Counted from the first letter of the stretch, positions 9,629 to 19,512 are shown. The stretch: 64,000 nt of DNA from an uncultured Chloroflexia bacterium (GCA_963754615.1 CAVWGW010000018.1:7160-71159), one strand, 5' to 3'. Program-made: numbers and translations. Notes: a model not told the origin generated them from the letters alone.

Positions 9629-10699
9629 ATGAAGGATCAAATCATTTATCTCTACCCAGAAGTCTTTTCCGAAAAAGAAAAAGTTATCCTCTCTGCCGCT
9701 CCCTTCACCGCCTCTGTTTTTCGTTTTCCATCCGGTGTGTGTGGCCTGCGCATGAAAAACGACCAGGGCGCTTTGGTGATGCTTCCCTTTCAGGGTCAGC
9801 AGATCTGGACGGCAGAATTTAGTGGTCGAAACCTGACCATGAAATCCATGTTCGATGGACCTCATCCCACCCGTGTCTATTTGGAGAATTATGGCGGATT
9901 TTTACTGCACTGCGGGGCGACAGCGATGGGTGTGCCTACCGCTCAAGATACCCACCCGCTGCACGGAGAGCTTCCCAATGCCCCCTATGATGAGGCTTTC
10001 CTGGTTCTCGGAGAAGATGCGCGCGGTCCTTATCTTGGTTTAGGAGGCCGTTATCGCCATACGGTTGCCTTCAACCATAACTACCTGGCTGAGCCTCTGG
10101 TGAAGCTGTATGCTGCATCTACAGTCTTCTCGGTTGCTCTCACCATCACCAACCTCAAGCATTCACCCATGGAGCTGATGTATCTGGCGCATATCAACTT
10201 CCGCCCCGTTGTAAATGGTCGCCTGGTTTATAGTGCCCTCTGCACTCCAGAAACGGTACGCGTGCGCGGCAGCATTCCCTCCCATATCCGCCCTGGACCG
10301 GGTTACGCAGAATTTCTGCAGGAGCTCAAGAGCCATCCTGAAAAACATCATGTGCTGTCACCCGACCTGATGTTCGATCCGGAGGTTGTTTTCACCATCG
10401 AGTATCTTGCCGACGACAAGGGTTGGGCGCATACCCTTCAGATCCACCCCGATGGCAGCGCTGATTATGTTGCCCATCGCCCAGATCAGCTGGATAAAGG
10501 TGTACGCTGGATCTGCCGTACTGCCGACCAGGATGCCATCGGAATTGTCCTGCCAGCTACGGCTGAGCCTGAAGGTTACCTGGCGGAGAAATCCAAAGGC
10601 AACCTGAAATCCATTTCGACACAAGGTCAATTTACCTGTGAAATGCTGGTAGGTGCTCTCGGACCTTTACAGTGCCAAAGAAATGCAAGCCACCATTGA
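9629..10699 (+). CDS. Aldose 1-epimerase-like protein (DUF4432 type)
   Basis: 356-aa ORF with RBS AAGGAAGGA. The sequence pattern (HGELPNAPYDEAF..., YLAHINFRP) resembles a galactose-mutarotase-like fold, and a paralogue sits at 41148-42182. The C-terminus may continue in another frame (see findings). Confidence 0.6.
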   Translation: MKDQIIYLYPEVFSEKEKVILSAAPFTASVFRFPSGVCGLRMKNDQGALVMLPFQGQQIWTAEFSGRNLTMKSMFDGPHPTRVYLENYGGFLLHCGATAMGVPTAQDTHPLHGELPNAPYDEAFLVLGEDARGPYLGLGGRYRHTVAFNHNYLAEPLVKLYAASTVFSVALTITNLKHSPMELMYLAHINFRPVVNGRLVYSALCTPETVRVRGSIPSHIRPGPGYAEFLQELKSHPEKHHVLSPDLMFDPEVVFTIEYLADDKGWAHTLQIHPDGSADYVAHRPDQLDKGVRWICRTADQDAIGIVLPATAEPEGYLAEKSKGNLKSISTQGQFTCEMLVGALGPLQCQRNASHH

Positions 10700-10825
10700 T
10701 GCACATTTTGAGGGCTTGATCGATATCCTTGACCATCCCCCAACAGGACTGGAAATTAACTCATTTCCTTTCCACAGAAATCTCAATCCCACTGCAAAAG
10801 CAAACTTCTGAATAAGGAGAGAACG

Positions 10826-12652
10826 ATGTTCGATATCAAAAATTTTCAGCCACTTCCGCCTGTCAACCGTCTGATCGGCGAAATGCCCAAGATCGGCATC
10901 CGACCCGTTATCGACGGGCGGCGCAAAGGCGTCCGCGAATCCCTCGGAGGATCAAGACCATGGCGCTCGCTAGCACCACAGCTGATTTTTTGAGCGCCAA
11001 TCTACGCCATTCCAATGGACTGCCAGTCGAATGTGTTATCTCCGATACCTGCATTGGGGGCGTGGCGGAGGCAGCTCAATCTGCGGAGAAATTTGCTCGC
11101 CTGGGCGTGGGTGTGTCGCTGACCGTAACCCCTGCTGGTGTTATGGCTCTGAGACGATGGATATGGATCCGCTGATTCCGAAGGCAGTGTGGGGTTTCAA
11201 CGGCACCGAGCGCCCTGGGGCAGTTTACCTGGCTGCTGTGCTGGCTGCCCACAACCAAAAAGGCCTGCCTGCCTTTGGCATCTATGGACATGATGTGCAG
11301 GATGCCGGAGACACTACCATCCCTGCCGATGTCCAGGAGAAGCTGCTGCGCTTTGCCCGCGCTGGCCTGGCTGTAGCTGCGATGAAGGGAAAATCATACC
11401 TCTCGATGGGTGGCGTTTCAATGGGCATCGCCGGCTCGATCGTCAACCAGGATTTCTTCGAGAGCTACCTGGGCATGCGTGTTGAAGTCATCGATGAGAG
11501 CGAGTTCATCCGCCGTATCCACGAGACGCATCTATGATCCCGATGAATACCAGCGCGCTCTCAAGTGGGTCAAGGGATACTGCAAAGAAGGCCGTGAATA
11601 TAATCCGCCCGCCATGCAGCGCAACCGCGCTCAGTAAAGATAACGATTGGGAATTCGTCGTTAAAATGACCATGATTGCCCGCGATCTAATGATCGGCAG
11701 CCCGCGCCTGGCGGAGATGGATTTTGGCGAGGAGGCCTTGGGACATAATGCTCTGGTTGGCGGCTTCCAGGGGCAGCGCCAGTGGACTGATCATTTCCCC
11801 AACGGCGATTTTATGGAAGCCATCTTGAACTCATCCTTTGATTGGAACGGCATTCGGGAGCCTTTCGTCTTGGCGACAGAAAACGATAGCCTGAACGGCG
11901 CTACGATGCTCTTTGGGCACCTGCTTTCCAATACCGCCCAGGTTTTTGCCGATGTCCGCACATATTGGAGTCCAGAGGCTGTCCAGCGGGTCACAGGTTA
12001 CCAGCTCTCGGGTCTGGCAGAGAACGGCTTTATCCACTTGATCAACTCAGGCGCGGCCACCCTGGATGCTACGGGGATGCTCAAGCGGGAGGGGGAGCCG
12101 GTCATGAAACCTTTTTGGGAGATCACCGCAGATGAAGTTGCCCAGTGCCTGGAGGCTACCACCTGGTATCCAGCCCGTACCGAATATTTTCGCGGCGGCG
12201 GGTACTCTTCCGGTTTCCTGACCCGCGGCCAAATGCCCGTTACCATGTCGCGCCTTAATTTGGTCAAGGGTCTTGGCCCGGTTTTACAGCTTGCTGAAGG
12301 CTATACGGTGGACCTGCCTGATGATGTTTACCAGAAGTTAAATGAGCGCACCGATCCCACCTGGCCTACCCACTGGTTTGTGCCTCGCCTTACCGGCAGC
12401 GGTCCTTTCCGAGATGTGTATTCCGTGATGAATCACTGGGGCGCCAACCACGGGGCGTTAAGCTATGGTCACATCGGCGCGGACATGCTCTCCCTGGCTT
12501 CTCTATTACGCATTCCGGTCACCATGCACAATGTTTCAGAAGAGAAGGTTTTCCGTCCCAGTGTATGGAATGCATTTGGAGCCCAGGATCCGATGGGCGC
12601 TGATTACCGGGCTTGCGTAAATTTCGGACCTCTTTATGGAAAGTGGGCATGA
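10826..12652 (+). pseudogene. fucI: L-fucose isomerase, split over five frame segments (four single-nucleotide frame changes)
   Basis: The segments join end to end against E. coli FucI as I recall it:
- 10826 to ~10949, frame +2: [26 protein letters not shown]
- ~10951 to 11132, frame +1: [42 protein letters not shown]
- 11133 to ~11525, frame +3: [43 protein letters not shown]
- ~11527 to 11634, frame +1: [18 protein letters not shown]
- 11636 to 12652, frame +2: [43 protein letters not shown]
RBS AAGGAGA is at 10814-10820. Confidence 0.8.
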
Positions 12653-14136
12653 GTCCTGACAAAGCGGACTTGTTGGCTTTCGACTTGGGGGCTGAGAGTG
12701 GGCGAGCCATCCTCGGGCATTTCCGAGATGATTTGCTCAAGTTGGAAGAAATTTATCGCTTCCCAAATAATCCAGTGCAGGTTCAAGGCAGCCTGCACTG
12801 GGATGTTCTGCAGCTTTGGAGTGAAATTCAGCAGGGCCTGAAGTTGGCTGCACAGTCTTGCGGGAGTGATCTGCGCGGAGTGGGGGTGGATACCTGGGGG
12901 GTTGATTTTGGCTTGTTGGCTGAAGATGATACCTTGATCGGCAACCCTTACCATTACCGTGATAGCCGTACAGATGGAATGGTGGAATGGGCCTTCCAAC
13001 GTCTGCCTCGCCAGGAGATCTACCAGGTGACCGGCATCCAGTTCATGCAGTTGAACAGCCTTTTCCAGCTGTTGGCGATGGTGAAAAGCCGCGCCCCGGC
13101 CCTGCGAATTGCTAGGCATTTCTTGACCATGCCCGATTTGTTCAACTTTTGGCTCACTGGGCGCAAAGCGAATGAGTTCAGCATTGCCACGACCACCCAG
13201 TGTTTAACCCCAATTTGGGAGATTGGGCCTGGGAGATGCTCCGGAAGCTGGATATCCCCACGCATCTTTTTGGCGAGGTCATACAGCCCGGCACCATCGT
13301 CGGCGAGCTGCGCCAGGCGATTGCAGAAGAATGCGGCTGCGCTCAAATTCCCGTGCTGGCTCCCGCCACGCACGATACCGGTTCAGCAGTCGCAGCTGTG
13401 CCTGCCAGGACTCCCGATTATATCTTTCTCAGCTCGGGCACCTGGTCTTTAATGGGGGTAGAGCTGAGCCAGCCTCTCATCACTCCCGAATCCCTGGCCT
13501 ATAATTTCACCAATGAAGGGGGCGTTTGTGGTACCATCCGTTTCTTGAAGAATATCATGGGTCTTTGGTTGGTGCAGGAGTGCCGCCGCGATTGGGCGCG
13601 GGCGGGATTATCTTACACCTACAATGAGCTAACGACCATGGCCTCCCAGGCTCCAGCCTTCATGGCTTTTATCGATTTCGAGCGATGCACGCTTCCTGCA
13701 TCCCGGCGATATGGTTTCTCGCCTGCAGGATTATTGCCAGGAGACCGGCCAGCCTATCCCTGAAACACCCTCAGCCATCATCCGCTGCTGCCTGGAATCC
13801 CTGGCACTCGAATACCGTTGGGTTGCCGAGAGCCTCGAAAAGCTTCTCGGGCGTTCCCTGCCCGTCATCCATATTATTGGAGGCGGCTCGCAAAATACCC
13901 TGCTGAACCAGTTTACCGCCGATGCTGCCGGGCGTGAGGTGGTCGCCGGACCGGTTGAAGCCACTGCCATCGGTAACCTGCTCATCCAGGCTTTAGGCTT
14001 AGGATTGTTCTCTTCCCTTTCCGAGGCGCGGGCGGTGGTTCGGAATTCATTCGATGTTTCGCATTACTCGCCCAGGGATCATCACGCCTGGGAAGCTGCT
14101 TACAGCACCTACCTGAAGCTCAAGAAAGCCTCTTGA
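12649..14136 (+). pseudogene. Rhamnulokinase-family FGGY kinase (L-fuculose/L-rhamnulose kinase), split over three frame segments
   Basis: ATGA overlap with the fucI stop. Frame +1 reads [31 protein letters not shown] to ~13203. Frame +3 reads FNPNLGDWAWEML..ATHDTGSAVAAVP..LSSGTWSLMGVE..FTNEGG..LKNIMGLWL..AFIDFE to ~13682. Frame +1 resumes with DARFLHPGDMVSRLQDYCQETGQPIPE..IHIIGGGSQN..VVAGPVEATAIGN to 14136. Confidence 0.8.
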
Positions 14137-14183
14137 AAAACTGGTAAAATCTTTGTGTTAAAATCACCCTTTGAGGATTAATC

Positions 14184-15323
14184 ATGCCAAAGAAAGTATT
14201 CGTCAGCGGGTGTTACGATTTATTACACAGCGGTCATGTGGAGTTCTTTCAGGAAGCTGCCAAATTTGGCGACCTATATGTCGCCTTGGGTTCGGATAAG
14301 ACGGTATATGATTTAAAGGGGCGTGTACCCGTAAACAACGAGGCAGAGCGTCTTTTCATGGTCAAGTCGGTGGCTTGTGTAAAGGATGCTTTCATCTCCC
14401 AGGGCTCCGGAATGCTGGATTTTCTTGACGAGCTGAAGCAGATCAAGCCGGATTATTTTATTGTCAACGAAGATGGCAACCTCCTGGAGAAGAAGAAGCT
14501 GTGCGATGAGCTGGGGATTGGATACAAGATCTTGAGGCGGGAGCCACATGCCGGGCTGGCTCCCCGCTCGACGACTTCGCTGCGCGCTATCAACACCATT
14601 CCCTTTCGTATCGATGTGGCAGGGGGATGGCTTGACCAGCCCTTTGTGTCAAAATATTATCCTGGTCCGGTCATCACGATTTCCCTTGAGCCAACCGTGG
14701 ATTTTAACGATCGCAGCGGCATGGCTTCCAGCACGCGCCGCAGTGCCATTGACTTGTGGGGTCCCCGCCTGCCTGCCGGCGATCCGGAGAAATTGGCAAA
14801 GATCTTATTTTGTTATGATAACCCCCCCGGCACGAAAGAAATCTCCGGCTCTCAAGACGCCATTGGGATTGTCTTTCCGGGTTTGAATAAATCCTGGTAT
14901 GAAGGTGAGTATTGGCCATCCCGTATCGAATCCGTCCAGGATGAGCATACCTTGCAGTTCATTGAAAAATCTTTGAACCTTGTACCCTTAGCGCCGCGTG
15001 CCTCTGGTTTCAGCGTTCTGAGCAATACCTCCATTGACCGGATGCGCGCCAAAGATTTATCGGATGCTGCCGAAGGCTGTTGGGATGCCATCCTTCGTCG
15101 AGATGTTGTTCAATTCGGGCTGTACTTTCGTAAAGCCTTTGAAGGTCAAATTGCCATGTTTCCCAACATGATGAATGATATGGTCGTCGAGTTGATCGAG
15201 CAGTACCGTTCCCAGGCTTTGGGGTGGAAGCTGTCTGGAGCAGGAGGTGGCGGTTATTTGATCCTCGTTTCTGATCGGCCGATCGAAAATGCCATCCAGA
15301 TTCTCATCCGCCGCAAGGATTGA
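14184..15323 (+). CDS. Fusion protein: N-terminal cytidylyltransferase-like nucleotidyltransferase plus C-terminal GHMP-kinase-like (fucokinase/heptose kinase-like) domain
   Basis: The N-terminus VFVSGCYDLLHSGHVEFF carries the HxGH motif of the CTP-transferase-like family. The C-terminal half has SGMASSTRRSA (GHMP motif II-like) and KLSGAGGGGYLILV (GHMP motif III). Confidence 0.7.
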   Translation: MPKKVFVSGCYDLLHSGHVEFFQEAAKFGDLYVALGSDKTVYDLKGRVPVNNEAERLFMVKSVACVKDAFISQGSGMLDFLDELKQIKPDYFIVNEDGNLLEKKKLCDELGIGYKILRREPHAGLAPRSTTSLRAINTIPFRIDVAGGWLDQPFVSKYYPGPVITISLEPTVDFNDRSGMASSTRRSAIDLWGPRLPAGDPEKLAKILFCYDNPPGTKEISGSQDAIGIVFPGLNKSWYEGEYWPSRIESVQDEHTLQFIEKSLNLVPLAPRASGFSVLSNTSIDRMRAKDLSDAAEGCWDAILRRDVVQFGLYFRKAFEGQIAMFPNMMNDMVVELIEQYRSQALGWKLSGAGGGGYLILVSDRPIENAIQILIRRKD

Positions 15324-15352
15324 AAATAAATTTTGAATAAGGAGGAAAGATA

Positions 15353-16309
15353 ATGAAAAAAGCGTTGGTTTGTGGTGCTGGTGGCTTCATTGGAGGTCAC
15401 CTGGTTAAGAAACTAAAGCAGGAAGGTTACTGGGTACGTGGAGTGGACATTAAAGAGCATGAATTTGAGGTCACCCATGCCGATGAATTCTTGCGTCTAG
15501 ATTTGCGGGTGCCTCAGAACTGCCAGGCTGCCCTGACCCTCTCAGGAGGGAAGTTGGATGAAGTGTATCAGCTGGCAGCCGACATGGGTGGGATGGGCTT
15601 TATTCATTCTGCCGAGTGTGAGATCATGCACAACAGCGCCTTGATCAACATCTATATGACTCACCATGCTGCAGAGATGGGCATCCCGCACTACTTCTTT
15701 TCTTCCTCGGTGTGTGTCTATCGCGATATGCAGCCCGGTGAGCCAGAGATGACAGAAGCCCAGGCTATCCCAGCCCACCCGGATAATGAATACGGCTGGG
15801 AGAAGCTCTATTCGGAGCGCATTGCAATGGCCTATGCCCGCCGGTATGGTATGCAAGTCAGGATTGCGCGCTTCCAGAATTGTTATGGTCCTTACGGAAC
15901 CTGGCGGGGTGGGCGCGAAAAAGCCCCGGCTGCCATCTGTCGTAAAATTGCCGAAGTAGAAGATGGTGGAACTATTGAGGTATGGGGCGATGGCTCAGCG
16001 ATACGTTCTTACACCTATGTGGCGGATATGGTCGATGGAATCTTTCGCTTGATGCACTCTGACCTGGAAGGCGCGGCGAATATTGGCTGCCCGCAGTATG
16101 TCACTGTCGAGGAGCTGGTCCGAACCGTCGCCGATGTGGCTGGAAAAACCATCCATGTAAAGCACGTTGCTGGACCGGTGGGAGTACAATCGCGCAATTT
16201 CAGCAATGCCCGCATCGAATCGCTCGGCTGGCAGGCAAAATATTTCTTGAAAGACGGCATTTCCCAGACTTATCCTTGGATTAAATCCCAGGTGAAAGCA
16301 TTAAAATAA
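15353..16309 (+). CDS. GDP-mannose 3,5-epimerase-like NAD-dependent epimerase (SDR, extended)
   Basis: GAGGFIGGHL Rossmann motif. LAADMGGMGFI, YGWEKL, GPYGTWRGGREKAPAAICRK and VWGDGSAIRSYTYV track plant and bacterial GME closely as I recall them. Confidence 0.75.
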   Translation: MKKALVCGAGGFIGGHLVKKLKQEGYWVRGVDIKEHEFEVTHADEFLRLDLRVPQNCQAALTLSGGKLDEVYQLAADMGGMGFIHSAECEIMHNSALINIYMTHHAAEMGIPHYFFSSSVCVYRDMQPGEPEMTEAQAIPAHPDNEYGWEKLYSERIAMAYARRYGMQVRIARFQNCYGPYGTWRGGREKAPAAICRKIAEVEDGGTIEVWGDGSAIRSYTYVADMVDGIFRLMHSDLEGAANIGCPQYVTVEELVRTVADVAGKTIHVKHVAGPVGVQSRNFSNARIESLGWQAKYFLKDGISQTYPWIKSQVKALK

Positions 16310-16328
16310 AAGAGCATCTCTCTCATTA

Positions 16329-16375
16329 GATTTTCACCGCGTACGCCGTGGTTTCGCGGTGAAATCTTTATTTTC
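16329..16375 (+). terminator. Probable intrinsic terminator after the epimerase gene
   Basis: TTCACCGCG (16333-16341) pairs with CGCGGTGAA (16355-16363), followed by TTTATTTT. It overlaps a minus-strand ORF (16334-16858) that I consider spurious. Confidence 0.6.
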
Positions 16376-16390
16376 AAAAGGAACTCCTGG

Positions 16391-18376
16391 ATGGTTAAAA
16401 CCTTTTCGAAATTTTATGAGCTTCCCATCACTTCCATCCAGCCGCGCGGCTGGCTGCGTGGGTACCTGGAGACCCAGCGCGACGGCCTGACCGGTCACCT
16501 GGAAGCCGCCGGTTTCCCTTTCGATCAAGGTGGCTGGGCGAACCATGCGATCAGCCACCAATCCGGCTCCACCTGGTGGCCTTATGAGCAGACTGGTTAC
16601 TGGTTGGATGGGATGGTGCGTTGCGGGATCTTGCTGAATGATCCCTTCCTGATCGAGAAAGCTCGCCAGCCCATCGAATATACCTTGCAGCACGCCGATA
16701 CCGACGGTTACCTTGGGCCTGCCTTTATGAAGCAGCCCCTCCCTGGAAAACGTTGGGGCAGCAACAATCGCTGGCCCCATACCATCTTCTTCAGGGCGCT
16801 GATCGCCTATGATCAGTTTATTGGCGGAGACCGCCTCGCTCAGGCGGTGAGGCGGCATTATCTTTCAGAGACCAGCCCTCATTCCGAAGCGCGGGACGTA
16901 ACCAATGTAGAGACGATGCTGTGGGCATATGATCGCACCGGCGATGACCGCTTACTTGAATTGGCAAAGAGCGCCTTTATTGAGTATAACCAGGGAAAGC
17001 CACTCCCAGATACTTCGCTGGCTGACCTGCTCTCTGACAGGCGTGCCACAGTCCATGGGGTTACCTTCAACGAGATTGGCAAACTGGGCGCGGTTTTATA
17101 TCGGTATACTGGTAATCGGATGTACTTGGATTCTACAGTGAACGCCTATCGCAAGCTCGATCTCGACCAGATGCTTGTCGACGGAGTCAACAGTTCCTCA
17201 GAAGCCTTGCGCGGTAAGGATCCCCTCGACAGTCATGAAACCTGCGATATCGCCGATTACACCTGGGGGGTAGGCTATCTCCTGTTGGCTCTGGGTACAG
17301 GCGATTATGCAGATAAGATCGAACGTGCCTGTTTCAATGCTGCTCCGGGTGCTGTGCGCAGCGATTTCAAAGGGCTGCAGTATTTCTCCTGCCCAAACCA
17401 GGTGGTTGCTACCCGTGCCTCCAATCATAATAAATATTTCCACGGCAGCTCTTGGATGTCGTACCGGCCCAATCCAGGCACGGAGTGCTGCCCGGGTGAG
17501 GTCAACCGCATCATGCCCAATTATGTCTCCCGCATGTGGCTTTCCGACGGGCAGGGCGGCCTGGTGGCGGCCCTGTATGGTCCCAGCCAGGTGACGGCCC
17601 GCCTGGGCGAGGCTGCGCAAGAGGTAACCATCCTGGAAGATACTACCTATCCTTTTTCTGAGCGTATCGATTTCCAACTAAAGATGTCTGAGCCGGTTGA
17701 ATTTCCGCTTTCATTACGTATCCCGGGCTGGTGCAAGGCGGCAGAGCTCTTGCTTAATGGGCAGCCTGTCAAAATGACTCATTCTCCGGGGCGTTTTGTC
17801 ACCCTGGAACGCCGCTATCGTGATGGGGACCGCATCTCCCTGCTGTTGCCGATGTCTTTGCGCATGCAGCACTGGCCTCGTGCTGGGGTTAGCCTGGAAC
17901 GCGGCCCACTGGTTTTTTCGTTGCGTATTGAAGAAGATTGGCAAATGGATCCCGATGACCTGCGCTCGACGCCAGATTTTCCTGCCTGGGATCTTTACCC
18001 GGCTTCCACCTGGAACTATGCCCTGGCCCTCGACCCAGAGAACCTCGAGAAACAGGTGAGAGTCATCCAGGGGGAATACTCGGATCATCCCTGGAGTATT
18101 GCTGCCGCTCCGCTCACTTTGCAGGTGCCTGCCCGCCGCCTCATTGGTTGGAGTGTACAGAAAAAGACCGGCATCCTCACCTCTTTTGGCCGGGTGAATA
18201 AGCGCATGAAAGGCAGCTTTGTCTTCACCCCCCAGCTTCCCAACCCCGATGGAATTGCGCAGCGCCTGGGTAAGCAGGTAGAAATGGTCACCCTGGTCCC
18301 GTATGGCTGCTCCAAGCTGCGCATCACGATCTTCCCCTTCACTTATACCCCCCGTCAATCTACAGATATGGATTAA
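16391..18376 (+). CDS. GH127-like beta-L-arabinofuranosidase family protein (DUF1680)
   Basis: 661 aa. The N-terminal pattern is WLRGYLETQRDGLTGHLE..WWPYEQTGYWLDG. The Cys-rich catalytic/zinc region SHETCDIADY ... GTECCPGEVNR matches the Cys3-Glu arrangement of HypBA1-type enzymes. Confidence 0.75.
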   Translation: MVKTFSKFYELPITSIQPRGWLRGYLETQRDGLTGHLEAAGFPFDQGGWANHAISHQSGSTWWPYEQTGYWLDGMVRCGILLNDPFLIEKARQPIEYTLQHADTDGYLGPAFMKQPLPGKRWGSNNRWPHTIFFRALIAYDQFIGGDRLAQAVRRHYLSETSPHSEARDVTNVETMLWAYDRTGDDRLLELAKSAFIEYNQGKPLPDTSLADLLSDRRATVHGVTFNEIGKLGAVLYRYTGNRMYLDSTVNAYRKLDLDQMLVDGVNSSSEALRGKDPLDSHETCDIADYTWGVGYLLLALGTGDYADKIERACFNAAPGAVRSDFKGLQYFSCPNQVVATRASNHNKYFHGSSWMSYRPNPGTECCPGEVNRIMPNYVSRMWLSDGQGGLVAALYGPSQVTARLGEAAQEVTILEDTTYPFSERIDFQLKMSEPVEFPLSLRIPGWCKAAELLLNGQPVKMTHSPGRFVTLERRYRDGDRISLLLPMSLRMQHWPRAGVSLERGPLVFSLRIEEDWQMDPDDLRSTPDFPAWDLYPASTWNYALALDPENLEKQVRVIQGEYSDHPWSIAAAPLTLQVPARRLIGWSVQKKTGILTSFGRVNKRMKGSFVFTPQLPNPDGIAQRLGKQVEMVTLVPYGCSKLRITIFPFTYTPRQSTDMD

Positions 18377-18477
18377 TTTTAAAAAAATCAGCGCTCTCAG
18401 CGACCCTGCGTTAAAATGATCTCGTATGAGATCGAATTTCTCATAAGCATCTTTTGTTTTATCAAGGAGAATTATCC

Positions 18478-19500
18478 GTGCTTCAAGCTGTCATGACTGC
18501 CCCCGGTCAAATTGAGTTTCACCAGGTCGAAAAGCCTTCTCCCCGTCCGGGTGAGGTTTTGATCCGCATGCGCCGCATTGGCGTGTGCGGTTCCGATATC
18601 CACGTCTTCCACGGCAAACACCCCTACACCAGCTACCCGGTCGTCCAGGGACACGAAGTCTCCGGTGAGGTAGCCCAGGTGGGGGAGGGTGTGAAAGGTC
18701 TTCAACCCGGCGACCTGGTCACCTTCACGCCCCAGGTCACCTGCGGTGTGTGTTATCCCTGCCGCCACGGTATGTACCACATCTGCGACAACCTGAAGGT
18801 CATGGGCTTCCAGACTGGCGGCGCCGCACAGGAATACTTCCCCGTCCCGGTCGAAAAGGTTCTCAAGCTCCCGGCTGGGATCACCCCCGATCAGGCCGCC
18901 ATGATTGAACCCGTCTCGGTGGCTGTGCATGCCCTGGGCCGCGTTGGCGATGTCGCTGGGAAACAGGTGCTCGTCTTAGGTGCCGGCACCATCGGCAATC
19001 TCGTTGGCCAGGTGGCTAAAGCCCTCGGCGCTCGTAAAGTGCTCATGACTGATGTCAGCGCTTACAAATTGGAAAAGGCCCGCCTCTCCGGCATCGATGC
19101 CATTGTTAACACCCAAGCTGAAGAGCTCGGACCTGCTCTCTTGCGGGAGTTCGGCCCCGATAAAGCCGACCTTATCCTCGAATGCGTTGGTGTGCAGGAA
19201 ACCATCACCCAGGCGGTCTCGTTAGCGCGCAAAGGCTCAACCATTGTGGTTGTAGGTGTCTTCGGTCAAAAACCCCAGGTTGACCTGGGATTGGTGCAGG
19301 ATCGCGAGCTGAGCCTCGTGGGAACGCTCATGTACCAGCGCTCCGATTATGTCCAGGCTATCGACTTGGTCTCGCAGGGTAAGCTGAACCTGGATGTCCT
19401 TGTGTCTGATCATTTCCCCTTCGCCCAGTACTTAGAGGCTTATCATAAGATCGAAGCTGCCCAGGGAAACATCATGAAGGTGATGATTGATCTGGGCTAA
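18478..19500 (+). CDS. Zn-dependent medium-chain alcohol/polyol dehydrogenase
   Basis: GVCGSDIHVFHGKHP, GHEVSGEV, the structural-zinc Cys cluster CGVCYPCRHGMYHIC and GAGTIGNL are present. I preferred the GTG start at 18478, 7 nt after AAGGAGA; the ORF track TTG start is 18454. Confidence 0.85.
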   Translation: MLQAVMTAPGQIEFHQVEKPSPRPGEVLIRMRRIGVCGSDIHVFHGKHPYTSYPVVQGHEVSGEVAQVGEGVKGLQPGDLVTFTPQVTCGVCYPCRHGMYHICDNLKVMGFQTGGAAQEYFPVPVEKVLKLPAGITPDQAAMIEPVSVAVHALGRVGDVAGKQVLVLGAGTIGNLVGQVAKALGARKVLMTDVSAYKLEKARLSGIDAIVNTQAEELGPALLREFGPDKADLILECVGVQETITQAVSLARKGSTIVVVGVFGQKPQVDLGLVQDRELSLVGTLMYQRSDYVQAIDLVSQGKLNLDVLVSDHFPFAQYLEAYHKIEAAQGNIMKVMIDLG

Positions 19501-19512
19501 AGGTTCCCAATT

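Noticed and set aside
10826-14136. Programmed ribosomal frameshifting in fucI and the kinase
   Set aside because: There are four and two shifts of mixed sign per gene. No slippery heptamers or downstream structures occur at the junctions, and several junctions are in simple homopolymers. Indel mutation or sequencing error is far more parsimonious.
16334-16858. 174-aa minus-strand ORF overlapping the GH127 gene start and the upstream terminator
   Set aside because: It is antisense to a well-supported gene, has no motifs, and its 3' end coincides with a hairpin better explained as the epimerase terminator. The other antisense ORFs inside the GH127 gene, 17198-17677 and 17714-18358, are rejected on the same logic.
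18418-18444. Two mutually exclusive 6-bp hairpins (GATCTC-gtat-GAGATC and ATGAGA-tcgaatt-TCTCAT) upstream of the ADH/MttB operon, as a possible attenuator or riboswitch
   Set aside because: The stems are short and AT-rich, there is no adjacent U-tract, and there is no similarity to any riboswitch class I know. In a 100-nt AT-rich spacer this is within chance expectation.
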